DNA from: a virus
DNA: 64,000 nt
Virus record (IMG/VR): IMGVR_UViG_3300030049_000007
Strand: one strand, 5' to 3'
Each line of letters starts with the position of its first letter. Within the stretch, counting starts at the first letter, position 1. This document shows positions 1 through 9,621 of the stretch, one piece after another. A program made the translations under genes and the position numbers. The notes under the pieces were generated by a model that made no database searches, had not been told where the DNA came from, and was given only the letters and a program-made list of their open reading frames with translations.

Positions 1-3000
1 CGAGGCATTATTAATGAGGTTAGCACGGTCAAGGGTGATGGAAACGCCCAGTTTTGGCAGAATCTCCAAAATGGCTTACCCATACCTAAACCTCAAGTTC
101 CATTTGTATATAAGAAATTTGAAGCAATGCTTCATGCTGCTGGTATTAATGTTAGACATGATGGTTCTAGAAAAATATTATTACCTCTAATTGATTCTCA
201 AATAGATGAATTAGCTGGAGATAACGAAATTGAATCTTTTGGTATGTTAGATCATAATTTTGAACCAATCAAAGATGGGTTGTTTGATCGTCATACAACT
301 GGTGGTTCAAATGGTGATAAATGGGCAAAAATTACATTAGCTCATCCATTAGTTAATCCAATGTATGAAAATGCTGTCAAAACCATCTTAGGTCTTAAGG
401 ACTCTGAATTTAAAACAATTATAAAATTGGAAGGTGGTCATGATAAAATTAAAGGAATGTTGGCTAATCTCAATGTTCATGAGCAGATTGATAATCTTAC
501 GGCAGGTATCAAGACTGCGCCGAAAACTAAAAAAGATAAGCTGGTTAAACAACTTAAAATTTTCAAGTCACTTGATTCACTCAAGCTCTCTCCCGTTAAC
601 GCTTATATTACTTCCGTGGTTCCGGTTGTCCCTCCTACTTTCAGACCTATCTTTGAAATTCCCGGTGGGCATGTACAAACACATAGTTTAAATAATTTAT
701 ATAGAGATTTGGGTTTAATTAATAATACTATCAAAGAGCTTGGACGTACTCCTGAATTGACAGATGCACTTTATAATTCTCTGGGTGCAATTCAGGGTGT
801 AAATAATCCAATTACTAAACAAAATGAAATTAAAGGTGTTAAGGGTGCCATTCAAATTATCACAGGATCTGGTTCACCTAAATATGGGTTCTTTCAAAAT
901 AAAACATTACGTAAACAACAGGATTTATCAGGAAGAGCAACTGCTGTATTAAATAATAATCTTAATATGGATCAAATTGCTATTCCTGAAAAAATTGCTA
1001 AAGTAATTTACAAGCCATTTGCTATTAAAGAATTAATTAAAAATGGTTATAGTTATCAAGAATCTGTAGATCATATAGATCATTTAGATAATATTGGAAA
1101 AAAGGCTGTTCAAGCTGCGATGTCAGATCGTCCAGTGTTAATGAATCGCGCTCCATCATTACATAAATTTTCAATTATGGCATTTCAGCCAACATTAACT
1201 AAAAATCTTTCTATTGAAGTTCCAGGGCTTATCGTTAAACCTTTTTCATTAGATTTTGATGGAGATACATTAGTTCTGCATGTGCCAGCTACCGAAAAAG
1301 CACGTAAAGAATCTTTTGGATTAATGCCAAGTAAGAATTTATATAATCCTAGAATGCGTACTTTAAATTATGCTCCAGATCAGGGAGCTATTCTAGGATT
1401 GCATTTACTTTCTCAAACTGAAGAAGGTTTAGTTAAGATAAATGATTTATTTCCAAAAGATATTTTGCCTATTGGTTCAAAAATTACTAAAAAGATGGTG
1501 GATAAAATACTTGCAAATTTAGCAGAAAAGTATCCAGAAAAATATAATGAAATTACTACCAAATTAAAACAAATGGGCGATACTTATGCTACTAAAGCAG
1601 GATTTTCTTTATCCTTAGCAGATCTTCCTAATAATTCTAAAGAAGTTAATAAAGAATATAAATCTGCTGTAGGTTTATTAAAATCAAAATCATTAAGCGA
1701 TGAAATTAAACTAAACGCTTTACTTAAAGCTGATAAATTTATTAAAGATAATGCATTAAATGACAAAACTAATAATTTTGTGACTATTGTAGCTTCTGGT
1801 TCTAGAGGATCGTCTGAACAGATAAAACAGATGTTATTTGCCCCTGGAGTTATGAGTGATCATAATGGAGATCCATTACTTCATCCAGTTTTAACTAATT
1901 ATTCACAAGGTATGCCCTTTAACGATTATTGGACTACTTTATATTCTGCACGTAAAGCTGCTTTAGATAAACAGTTAATGACTGCTAAACCTGGCGCTTT
2001 AAATAAAGAGGTAGTAAATACTACAATGAGTATTGTAATATCGGAAAATGATTGTGGAACTAAATTAGGTATTCCTATGAATACCGATGATAATAATCTT
2101 GTAGGAAGATATTTAACGAATGGCACATTAGTGAATAAAAGTAATATAGAATCTATACGTGATAAACATAAAGAAGTAATAGTTAGATCACCTACCACCT
2201 GTAGGGCATCACATGGGATTTGTCAGAAATGCTTTGGTATTGATGAATATGGTAAACTTCCAGATATTGGTCATAATGTTGGAATTAAATCAGCTCAAGC
2301 AGCAACAGAACCTTTAACTCAGGCAGCTATGAAAACTTTCCATATGGGTGGAACGGTTTCTGGTGGTGGTGGTGTATTTGGTGGTTTTGAACATGTCAAT
2401 AATTTTCTCGTTTCTCCAGAAACTTTTAAAGATCGAGCTACGTTATCAAAATTAGATGGAAAGATTACAAGTATAACTCCAGGGTCTGCCGGTGGTTTCC
2501 ATGTTAATGTAAATGAACAAGATCATTTTATAACTCCTGGCTCTGGTAGTCTTAAAGTTAAAGAAGGTGATAAAGTAAAGAAAGGCGATTTATTAAATAA
2601 TGGTATTCCTCATCCTAAAGAAGCTATACATCTTTTAGGTGAATTAGGTGGGCTTCATAAAATTACAGAGACTCTTCATAATATTTATAAAAATTCTGGC
2701 ATTTCTATTGATAGAAGAAATTTAGAGACAATTGTTAGAGGTATGACAGGATTTGGAATAGTAGAAGATGAAGGAACTCATAAACATTTCGTAAAGGGAG
2801 ATGTAGTACCTTTAAGTCAAATTTATGAATTTAATACAACAACTAATAAATCCTATAAATTACCTTTAAATGATGCTTTTGGAAAAAGTTTAGATGAAAA
2901 TATCGGATCTTTTAAAATTGGAAATATAGTTAATTCTAATATGATTAAATCTTTACAAAAAACACATAAAGAAATTACTGTAAAGGAAAATCCTGTAACT

Positions 3001-3198
3001 TATGAACGTACCTTACTGGGAGTACAGCAAGCACCACTTAAGTCTCACGACTGGGCTAATCAGCTTGCTTTCCGATATCTCAAACGTGGTTTGCAGGAAG
3101 GATCAACTTATGGTTATTCTTCAGATGTTCATGGATATTCTCCTATAGCTCCATTTGTTACTGGTCAAATGGAAGATGGACCAGAAGGAAGATATTAA
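1..3198 (+). CDS. rpoBC: DNA-directed RNA polymerase, RpoB C-terminus fused in frame to an RpoC (beta')-like region; 5'-truncated by the window edge
   Basis: Frame is open from nt 1 (RGIINEVSTVKGDG...PQVPFVYKKFEAMLHAAGINV, resembling the RpoB C-terminus). RpoC motifs follow: VPVVPPTFRP, GFFQNKTLRKQQDLSGRA, LMNRAPSLHK, catalytic DFDGD (1252-1266), CRASHGICQKCFG, MKTFHMGG. Confidence 0.92.
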   Translation, partial: RGIINEVSTVKGDGNAQFWQNLQNGLPIPKPQVPFVYKKFEAMLHAAGINVRHDGSRKILLPLIDSQIDELAGDNEIESFGMLDHNFEPIKDGLFDRHTTGGSNGDKWAKITLAHPLVNPMYENAVKTILGLKDSEFKTIIKLEGGHDKIKGMLANLNVHEQIDNLTAGIKTAPKTKKDKLVKQLKIFKSLDSLKLSPVNAYITSVVPVVPPTFRPIFEIPGGHVQTHSLNNLYRDLGLINNTIKELGRTPELTDALYNSLGAIQGVNNPITKQNEIKGVKGAIQIITGSGSPKYGFFQNKTLRKQQDLSGRATAVLNNNLNMDQIAIPEKIAKVIYKPFAIKELIKNGYSYQESVDHIDHLDNIGKKAVQAAMSDRPVLMNRAPSLHKFSIMAFQPTLTKNLSIEVPGLIVKPFSLDFDGDTLVLHVPATEKARKESFGLMPSKNLYNPRMRTLNYAPDQGAILGLHLLSQTEEGLVKINDLFPKDILPIGSKITKKMVDKILANLAEKYPEKYNEITTKLKQMGDTYATKAGFSLSLADLPNNSKEVNKEYKSAVGLLKSKSLSDEIKLNALLKADKFIKDNALNDKTNNFVTIVASGSRGSSEQIKQMLFAPGVMSDHNGDPLLHPVLTNYSQGMPFNDYWTTLYSARKAALDKQLMTAKPGALNKEVVNTTMSIVISENDCGTKLGIPMNTDDNNLVGRYLTNGTLVNKSNIESIRDKHKEVIVRSPTTCRASHGICQKCFGIDEYGKLPDIGHNVGIKSAQAATEPLTQAAMKTFHMGGTVSGGGGVFGGFEHVNNFLVSPETFKDRATLSKLDGKITSITPGSAGGFHVNVNEQDHFITPGSGSLKVKEGDKVKKGDLLNNGIPHPKEAIHLLGELGGLHKITETLHNIYKNSGISIDRRNLETIVRGMTGFGIVEDEGTHKHFVKGDVVPLSQIYEFNTTTNKSYKLPLNDAFGKSLDENIGSFKIGNIVNSNMIKSLQKTHKEITVKENPVTYERTLLGVQQAPLKSHDWANQLAFRYLKRGLQEGSTYGYSSDVHGYSPIAPFVTGQMEDGPEGRY

Positions 3199-3259
3199 AA
3201 TTTGGAATTCGTCATATTTTATGCGATAATGACTATACACGTAATTCTCAAATAGTTAA

Positions 3260-3290
3260 AGAAAAGCGTGTATAGTTCACACGCTTTTCT
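3260..3290. terminator. Inverted repeat, likely intrinsic terminator
   Basis: AGAAAAGCGTGT...ACACGCTTTTCT 12-bp stem just after the RNAP gene. Confidence 0.6.
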
Positions 3291-3295
3291 ATTCA

Positions 3296-3415
3296 CTAAT
3301 CAAACATTCGATCTAAAATATAGACAACAATCTTACAACTTAAATCTTCTTCAACGTCCAATATTTTATTCAACTCTAATTCTCTATATAATCCTAATAT
3401 TAAATTCTTTAACAT
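3296..3415 (-). CDS. Small hypothetical protein (39 aa, MLKNLILGLYRELELNKIL...)
   Basis: ATG-to-TAG ORF read manually; ends at the 3260-3290 hairpin. Confidence 0.35.
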   Translation of the reverse strand: MLKNLILGLYRELELNKILDVEEDLSCKIVVYILDRMFD

Positions 3416-3467
3416 TTAATTCTCGTGTAGCCAATTTCTCTAAGACATTAAATCGGAGTAGAAAGCA

Positions 3468-5207
3468 ATGTCCTTAAACGAATTATTCGTCTTAAATTCA
3501 TCCATTCGTTTATCGGCTGATATGAATAGTTGGGGCGATCAAGTTATAAGCCAACTTATTAAATCATATCCGTCGCTCTCAAGTTTGGTGGGAGAAGTTG
3601 TTTTCGCCAAGACCGATACCGTAAAAGGTAATGCATTGGGATACATTACTTTAATCGGTAAAGTTCAGAGGATTCCATTTATTGTCGATGAATATGATCT
3701 AAATCCATTAGACATATATATAGACAATGGTAAATATCTACCTCTTTCAGAAAGAGCAGTTAATAGTTTAAATTCTAGAACTTGGCCCTTTCGTCTTATA
3801 TCCCAAACAGAAAGAAATGGAATTCTTAAGACTGCTTCGTTATTCGAGAATAATGGCATTTTGAAGGCAGAGTTTGTAAAAAAGAATAAAGAAACTTTTG
3901 AAAAAATTGCTGCTGAGTTTCCAGAAATTTTAGATAACTTTACTATCCGCAATACTCAGAAGGCCAATTCTGAATTTGCAGTACGTTGTTTTATTAAAGA
4001 AGCCGCAGATGCAAAACCAATTGTGGTCCGCGATCTTATTGCTGAAGATAAAGATTATAAAATTTCAGAATTTGCTGATAAATTCGGAAAAGATTTTCTT
4101 TCTGAATTAATGAGTAAGGGTGAAGCTATTGTTTCAAATATGCCTCCTAAAGTTAGATTAGCAATTGATAGTATGGAAATTAAGGGACTTTATAAAACTT
4201 CTGAAAATAGAGAAGGTTATCTTTGGCATAATGGAACTCCAATCGTAGCCAAGAGATTTGATCATTATCGTATGTCTGATTTAAAACGATCATCTATAGC
4301 TCCCTCTATTATTATAACAGAATGTGGCAAGTATTTTCAAAATGGAACATTAACAACTAAAGATGCCGGCAACGTTCCTAAGCATAAAGATAAGGTAGCT
4401 CCACAAAATGGTGATTATGCAGTAATTACCATTGGAGATAGTTGCTTTGGTCCATTTTTTATTAATAGTATTACAAAAATGGGTGCTGATAAAATTTACA
4501 ATATTACTACTGATGAATTAAAAGTAGTAAATCTTAAGACTAGTGAAGATATTAAAACTATAGTACAGTTAGATGAGAATAATTATTTATTCTCACAGAA
4601 TGCTCAGATTTTTAAAATTCATGTATCTGATATTGAGAATCCAAAAGATTTTGTTAAATCTGCTGGTTTGAAAGTTTCAGTATCAAAGCAGTTAGATGGT
4701 AACTTCTTAATTAGTGATTCTGGAATTTCTGGAATAGATTCTAATAAACTGAAAAATTTAAAGAAGGGTGATGCTACGGTAGTTTTAATGCATTGTGGCT
4801 TATCTGAGACAGATGCTAAATATGCCCTGATGCGGGCATTAACTAATAATACTTATTCTTTTGATGCACCAGAAAAACAGAAAGTTTCCTCAGATAAAGA
4901 TGTAACCTTAGAAAAGAAGGCTGAGGAAATTGTAAGTTACTGTAATGAAAATGAAGTATTAAAAATGGCCGCTGTGAGTGGCGATAAATCTAACGTGGAT
5001 TTAGCCTTGGGACTTAATTTAATTAATTATAGTAATATTAAACGATTTAAATTAATAGTTCCAGAAATTTATACTATGTTAGATAAATTATGTAAATTAC
5101 TAATTATTAAGCGCATTAATCGTAATTTATTTAACTTAGATGATACTCAACTTTCTCAAGCCATTCGCGCTTTGGACGAGATTTCGTTTGCCCTTAATTC
5201 CTTGTGA
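3468..5207 (+). CDS. Hypothetical protein, probable virion/head protein with K-x-A motifs
   Basis: 579-aa ORF with upstream GGAG; contains LKTAS, EKIAA, IKEAA, VKSAG, EKKAE, LKMAA. Confidence 0.6.
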   Translation: MSLNELFVLNSSIRLSADMNSWGDQVISQLIKSYPSLSSLVGEVVFAKTDTVKGNALGYITLIGKVQRIPFIVDEYDLNPLDIYIDNGKYLPLSERAVNSLNSRTWPFRLISQTERNGILKTASLFENNGILKAEFVKKNKETFEKIAAEFPEILDNFTIRNTQKANSEFAVRCFIKEAADAKPIVVRDLIAEDKDYKISEFADKFGKDFLSELMSKGEAIVSNMPPKVRLAIDSMEIKGLYKTSENREGYLWHNGTPIVAKRFDHYRMSDLKRSSIAPSIIITECGKYFQNGTLTTKDAGNVPKHKDKVAPQNGDYAVITIGDSCFGPFFINSITKMGADKIYNITTDELKVVNLKTSEDIKTIVQLDENNYLFSQNAQIFKIHVSDIENPKDFVKSAGLKVSVSKQLDGNFLISDSGISGIDSNKLKNLKKGDATVVLMHCGLSETDAKYALMRALTNNTYSFDAPEKQKVSSDKDVTLEKKAEEIVSYCNENEVLKMAAVSGDKSNVDLALGLNLINYSNIKRFKLIVPEIYTMLDKLCKLLIIKRINRNLFNLDDTQLSQAIRALDEISFALNSL

Positions 5208-6031
5208 TAAATTATCCTTTCCATAAACTGCTTTTCTATCTTCTGGTAATTGCAAAATTCCGTAGGGTAGAGTATGCCAGTTTATTGAATACATACTTAC
5301 CATCTATTAAATTTGATTTCGAAGATCCTTTTGAATATATTCAGAAAATAGTCAAGGAAATTCCCTTACCTGCTGGAGTATATTCAAACAAAGAAGATCC
5401 TTCTAGTTTAATTATTTACTTAAGTAGATTTAAACTAAGAGAATTACATACAGTCTTCAATCAGGAACAATTCGAAGATATAATTTTCGATACAGATCTG
5501 AGACGTAAAATAGATGCAATGGCACTGTCTCCATCTTTTCGAAAAATTGATATTATAAGAGAATTCCCTTCTATCAATCATGAATATATTGAAATTTATT
5601 TAGATTGTTTTGCTAATTTCGACCAGATAGATAGTCGAAATATATATGTATCTAAATATATTGGTGATCCATCAGAAAGATCTTTATTAATTAAAGTATT
5701 GACTACCACATCACGAATTCACTTAAAAACCATTTTAGGTATTAGAACTAATTTAGATCCAAAGACAATTATTGAGAAATCATTAAGCGTTATGGATATG
5801 AAATCTGATTTAGCTTTAATTAATGAAGATGATGACAAATTAGAAAGATGGACTAAATTAAGAATATCTATTGCAGAGAAATTAATTAAAATGGGCGCTG
5901 GTAGTAAGACAGACCTCGATAATCTCATGGAAGCTTTAAAGGCCGAACCTGATTTTAAAGATCCAGTAATCTATACTAAAGAAGATTTAGAAAATGAATT
6001 TAGTCAAGCTAAAGATGAGTTACCTTCATAG
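5204..6031 (+). CDS. Hypothetical protein
   Basis: 275-aa ORF coupled to the previous gene by a GTGA overlap. Confidence 0.7.
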   Translation: MINYPFHKLLFYLLVIAKFRRVEYASLLNTYLPSIKFDFEDPFEYIQKIVKEIPLPAGVYSNKEDPSSLIIYLSRFKLRELHTVFNQEQFEDIIFDTDLRRKIDAMALSPSFRKIDIIREFPSINHEYIEIYLDCFANFDQIDSRNIYVSKYIGDPSERSLLIKVLTTTSRIHLKTILGIRTNLDPKTIIEKSLSVMDMKSDLALINEDDDKLERWTKLRISIAEKLIKMGAGSKTDLDNLMEALKAEPDFKDPVIYTKEDLENEFSQAKDELPS

Positions 6032-6034
6032 TGC

Positions 6035-6063
6035 TTGACATTCGGTTGCACGTCTGCTAGACT
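6035..6063 (+). promoter_or_regulatory. Sigma70-type promoter upstream of nrdJ
   Basis: TTGACA-17 nt-TAGACT. Confidence 0.65.
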
Positions 6064-6071
6064 TAAAAACA

Positions 6072-6107
6072 TCAGCCCCATCGAGTTTGAATAAACGATG
6101 GGGCTGA
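6072..6107 (+). promoter_or_regulatory. GC-rich 12-bp hairpin in the nrdJ leader
   Basis: TCAGCCCCATCG / CGATGGGGCTGA. Confidence 0.5.
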
Positions 6108-6136
6108 AATAACTATACTCAAAAATAAGTTGGAGG

Positions 6137-7183
6137 ATGTTAATGTCTGAATTTTTCGTAAGAGATTTAGATCCAGAAATGGGTACCGCAGTAGCAAATC
6201 GCACCTATTTACGCCGAGGGGAAAACTGGGGAGATTTGGCTAAGCGAGTTGCATTAGGTAACTCTTTACTAGACCCATCAGGAGAAAATGATAGATTGGA
6301 TTTAGAAAAAGCTATTTGCAATGCATCATTTCTTACTGCGGGTCGGCATCTTCAACATGGGGATGCAGACCAACCTAATCGAAACATAGAAGTTTTCACA
6401 AATTGTTCAACAGCTTGCACTTCTTTTATGGAATTTTTGTTACTTTTAAATGGTTCAGGTGTTGGACGTAATTATAGTGATGAATTTATGGTAACTGACT
6501 GGCGGAACATGCCGCATCTTTATTGCGTATTAAGTGCGGATCATCCTGATTTTGAAAGACAATATTTTAAAGATTATACTCCTAAAGTTAATGTAATTGC
6601 TTTAGAAGATGTTGAAGCTTATCCACAGAATCCAGATCTATTTCATGAAGTAGAAGATAGCCGTGAAGGATGGGCTAAAGCTTTAGAAATTTTAGAAGTT
6701 GCTGCATTTGAAAAACATCCTCATGATCATTATGTTTTTGATTTTAGTAAAATTCGTAAATACGGATCACCTATTAAAGGTATGCAGAATAGACCTGCTT
6801 CAGGACCATTACCTTTAATTTACGCTTTTAAACAAGTTGCTAAAGTTAAATATAATCAAGGAATGATGCCATGGATGCAGACAATAGTTATAGATCATTA
6901 TTTCTCAGAGGCAGTAGCGAACGGCGGAGCAAGAAGGTCTGCACGAATCGCAGTTAAATACTGGAGAGATAAAGAAATAATGAAATTTATTCATCTTAAG
7001 AGAGATAGACCAGAACTTTGGTCATCGAACGATTCTGTAGGAGTAGAAAATTTATTCTGGAAAGAAGCAAAAATTCTAGGATCAACTGCTAATAATCTTT
7101 ACTTAGAAATTACCAAAAGTGTATTTCAAGATCTTACTGGTGAACCAGGTCTTATCGCGCTTGATCAATTGACCATCAAATAA
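6137..7183 (+). CDS. nrdJ: Class II (B12-dependent, RTPR-like) ribonucleotide reductase, N-terminal part
   Basis: RTYLR, FTNC, NGSGVG, DSREGW, DFSKIR, ASGPLPL, RRSA, GEPG motifs. Confidence 0.85.
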   Translation: MLMSEFFVRDLDPEMGTAVANRTYLRRGENWGDLAKRVALGNSLLDPSGENDRLDLEKAICNASFLTAGRHLQHGDADQPNRNIEVFTNCSTACTSFMEFLLLLNGSGVGRNYSDEFMVTDWRNMPHLYCVLSADHPDFERQYFKDYTPKVNVIALEDVEAYPQNPDLFHEVEDSREGWAKALEILEVAAFEKHPHDHYVFDFSKIRKYGSPIKGMQNRPASGPLPLIYAFKQVAKVKYNQGMMPWMQTIVIDHYFSEAVANGGARRSARIAVKYWRDKEIMKFIHLKRDRPELWSSNDSVGVENLFWKEAKILGSTANNLYLEITKSVFQDLTGEPGLIALDQLTIK

Positions 7184-7197
7184 AAGGAATAATCAAT

Positions 7198-8643
7198 ATG
7201 ATTGGATCTACTAAATATCAATTATCAGAAGGTGCAAAAAAGCTTCATGAATATACATCTAATATAATTAATAAATCCAAATATCCTCATATTACTAATC
7301 CATGCGTAACTAAAGATACTCAGATTACAACTACTGATGGAATTAAATTAGTTTCTGAATTAATTGGAATCCCATTTTCCGTGAAATTTAATGGTAAAAT
7401 TTATCAATCATTAAAAGGATTCTGGTCAACAGGTAAAAGAGATATTTATAATATAACTACGAAAAATAAATCAATTAAAGCTACACCTAATCATAAATTT
7501 GGAACACATGGATATACTGGATTAGTTTGGAAAAGATTAGATGCATTTAAGGTTGGTGACTTCATTGCAACTGATGGATTAGATGAAAAAATAGTTTCAA
7601 TTACTAAATGTGATAGTGAGGAAGCTTTTGACTGTACCATTGAAGATATTCATTGCTATGTTTCTAATGGATTCTTGAGCCATAATTGTGGTGAGATCAC
7701 ATTGAAATCTGATGGCGGCTATTGTGTCATAGGGGATATCGTACCTTTTTTCTGTTCTACTTTAGATGAAGTTAAATCAACGGCAGAATTAGCTACTCGA
7801 TTTTTAATTAGAACAAATCTTATGAGTGCAATTTATTCTGATGAAGTAAAACGGACTAATCGTATCGGAATTGGAATGACATCAATTCACGAGTTTGCCT
7901 GGAAATTCTTTGGCTATGGTTTTCGTGATTTAATTGATGAGAATCTATCTCAACCATTCTGGAATTTTATTGACGAGCTACGGCAGACGGCAGAAAATGA
8001 AGCGGCCAGATACTCGCTGTCACTTAGTTTAAATATCCCACATACCGTAACCACCTTGAAGCCGAGCGGATCTATAAGTAAGCTATATAATTTAACTGAG
8101 GCAGCTCACCTTCCCTATAAACGTTATTATTTACGATGGGTTCAATTCCAAAAAGATGATCCTCTTTTAGAACAATATAAAAAAGATGGATATCCAGTAA
8201 GAGAATTAACTAGTATAGCTTCTACTAGTATTGTTGGATTTCCAACTCGTCCTCTTATTACTACTTTAGGAATGGGAGATAAATTAGTTACCGCTGCTGA
8301 AGCTACTCCAGAAGAACAGTATAAGTGGTTGATGTTATTAGAGAAATATTGGTTAGGAGAAGGAAAAAACAATCAGGTGAGCTATACTCTTTCCATACCT
8401 ACTGATAAATTCACATTAGAAGACTTTAGGGAAACGTATATTAAATATCAATCTCAAATTCGTTGTTGTACAGTATTACCAATTATTAGTGATGATACTC
8501 TTAAAACGTTATATGAATATCTTCCTAATGAGGATATATCTGAAGAAGAATTTATTGCTATTCAAAATCATATTCAGAAGAAACGGGATGTGGAATTTAG
8601 TATGGATGAGTTACAGTGTAGTTCTGGTGCATGTCCTCTCTGA
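7198..8643 (+). CDS. nrdJ: Class II ribonucleotide reductase, C-terminal part, intein-containing
   Basis: TNP[intein]CGEI, NRIGIG, TTLKPSGSISKL, C-terminal CSSGACPL; has its own AAGGA RBS. Confidence 0.85.
   Translation: MIGSTKYQLSEGAKKLHEYTSNIINKSKYPHITNPCVTKDTQITTTDGIKLVSELIGIPFSVKFNGKIYQSLKGFWSTGKRDIYNITTKNKSIKATPNHKFGTHGYTGLVWKRLDAFKVGDFIATDGLDEKIVSITKCDSEEAFDCTIEDIHCYVSNGFLSHNCGEITLKSDGGYCVIGDIVPFFCSTLDEVKSTAELATRFLIRTNLMSAIYSDEVKRTNRIGIGMTSIHEFAWKFFGYGFRDLIDENLSQPFWNFIDELRQTAENEAARYSLSLSLNIPHTVTTLKPSGSISKLYNLTEAAHLPYKRYYLRWVQFQKDDPLLEQYKKDGYPVRELTSIASTSIVGFPTRPLITTLGMGDKLVTAAEATPEEQYKWLMLLEKYWLGEGKNNQVSYTLSIPTDKFTLEDFRETYIKYQSQIRCCTVLPIISDDTLKTLYEYLPNEDISEEEFIAIQNHIQKKRDVEFSMDELQCSSGACPL
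7303..7686 (+). mobile_element. Mini-intein (128 aa, no endonuclease) at the catalytic NP/CGE site
   Basis: Starts CVTKDT, has block-B ATPNHKF, ends YVSNGFLSHN followed by Cys. Confidence 0.9.
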
Positions 8644-8663
8644 ATAAGATAATAGATAAAAGA

Positions 8664-8685
8664 AAAGCCCCATTACTGGGGCTTT
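8664..8685. terminator. Bidirectional intrinsic terminator
   Basis: AAAGCCCCA-TTAC-TGGGGCTTT between convergent genes. Confidence 0.75.
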
Positions 8686-8687
8686 AT

Positions 8688-8912
8688 TTATTTCTGGACT
8701 TTTACGAGATGATGGTCTGGATAATCAGGATCATATCCGATTCCATCATAGTATTTAAATACAGCTTCTGCTTCTTGTTCGTATTCTTGTTGTACTTCTC
8801 CTTCATACTTTAACTGATCGGAGTCTAAGCATCCTGTTCTTTTATCCCGCTCCCAATTCTCCTTTGCTAAAAGAGCGATAGCTTCCTTTAATGGAAGAAT
8901 AATCTCTTTCAT
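8688..8912 (-). CDS. Hypothetical protein
   Basis: 74-aa ORF with AGGAG RBS. Confidence 0.65.
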   Translation of the reverse strand: MKEIILPLKEAIALLAKENWERDKRTGCLDSDQLKYEGEVQQEYEQEAEAVFKYYDGIGYDPDYPDHHLVKVQK

Positions 8913-8931
8913 TTTCTTCTCCTATGAGAAA

Positions 8932-9471
8932 TTAATCCCACAAACTCTGCCAATGACGAGCCAAAAGAATTTTAGCTCGAAATGCCTTCTTGTTTAGTGG
9001 AGCAGCCCATGCATCATAAAGTTCTTTATTGAATCTAGGAGTTTCAGTTTCTTTCATTTGAAAACAACCTTCATGATCAGGAGAAGGAATCCATTCAATA
9101 GGTTCTTTACTGAAGGTACCTTCAGGAACAGTGTCTTTGTCCCGCAGTTCTTGTGAAGCTTCCAATCCATCAATAATTTCTTGAAGGATAGAATCCCATT
9201 TTTCCATACTTAAACCATTAGGATATCCATTCGTGTATTTCTTAAGATTTCGAATCATTCCCAATATTACAGATTCGAGATAAGAATCCATATCCCAACG
9301 ATCACAAGAGGCGTATCCTCTATAACCTCTTTGACAAAAATACTTAATAGTTCTCCAGTAAGTATTGGGGTTAATCCAATGCCACCAGAAACGCCAAACT
9401 GGATGATGCCAATTAATGAAAGCCCTATAACCACTAGAGCGAAGTGGGTAAAAACCTAGAGAGTAGTGCAT
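8932..9471 (-). CDS. Hypothetical phage protein (Trp-rich)
   Basis: 179-aa ORF in a minus-strand operon. Confidence 0.7.
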   Translation of the reverse strand: MHYSLGFYPLRSSGYRAFINWHHPVWRFWWHWINPNTYWRTIKYFCQRGYRGYASCDRWDMDSYLESVILGMIRNLKKYTNGYPNGLSMEKWDSILQEIIDGLEASQELRDKDTVPEGTFSKEPIEWIPSPDHEGCFQMKETETPRFNKELYDAWAAPLNKKAFRAKILLARHWQSLWD

Positions 9472-9621
9472 TTAAAATTCCTTATGAAGATGAATTCTTG
9501 TTTTGAGAAGATTTTTCAAACCAATTTTAAAAGAATTATATTTGAAATGACAAATCCAATCCTGCCAATTATAGTTATATTGGCCACAACCACACTTGAA
9601 ACGAATAAACATTTCATCTCC

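Noticed and set aside
127-129. ATG at 127 as the RNAP start
   Set aside because: The frame is open to the window edge and the upstream codons encode RpoB-like sequence
3268-3477. 69-aa plus-strand ORF
   Set aside because: It starts inside a terminator hairpin, has no RBS, and a minus-strand ORF explains the region better
6064-6136. Cobalamin riboswitch before the B12-dependent RNR
   Set aside because: The leader is ~70 nt with a single hairpin and no B12-box
7181-7197. Stop-codon reassignment or an intron as the explanation for split nrdJ
   Set aside because: The stop is TAA, the halves are in different frames, the spacer is only 14 nt with an RBS, and other genes are intact in code 11
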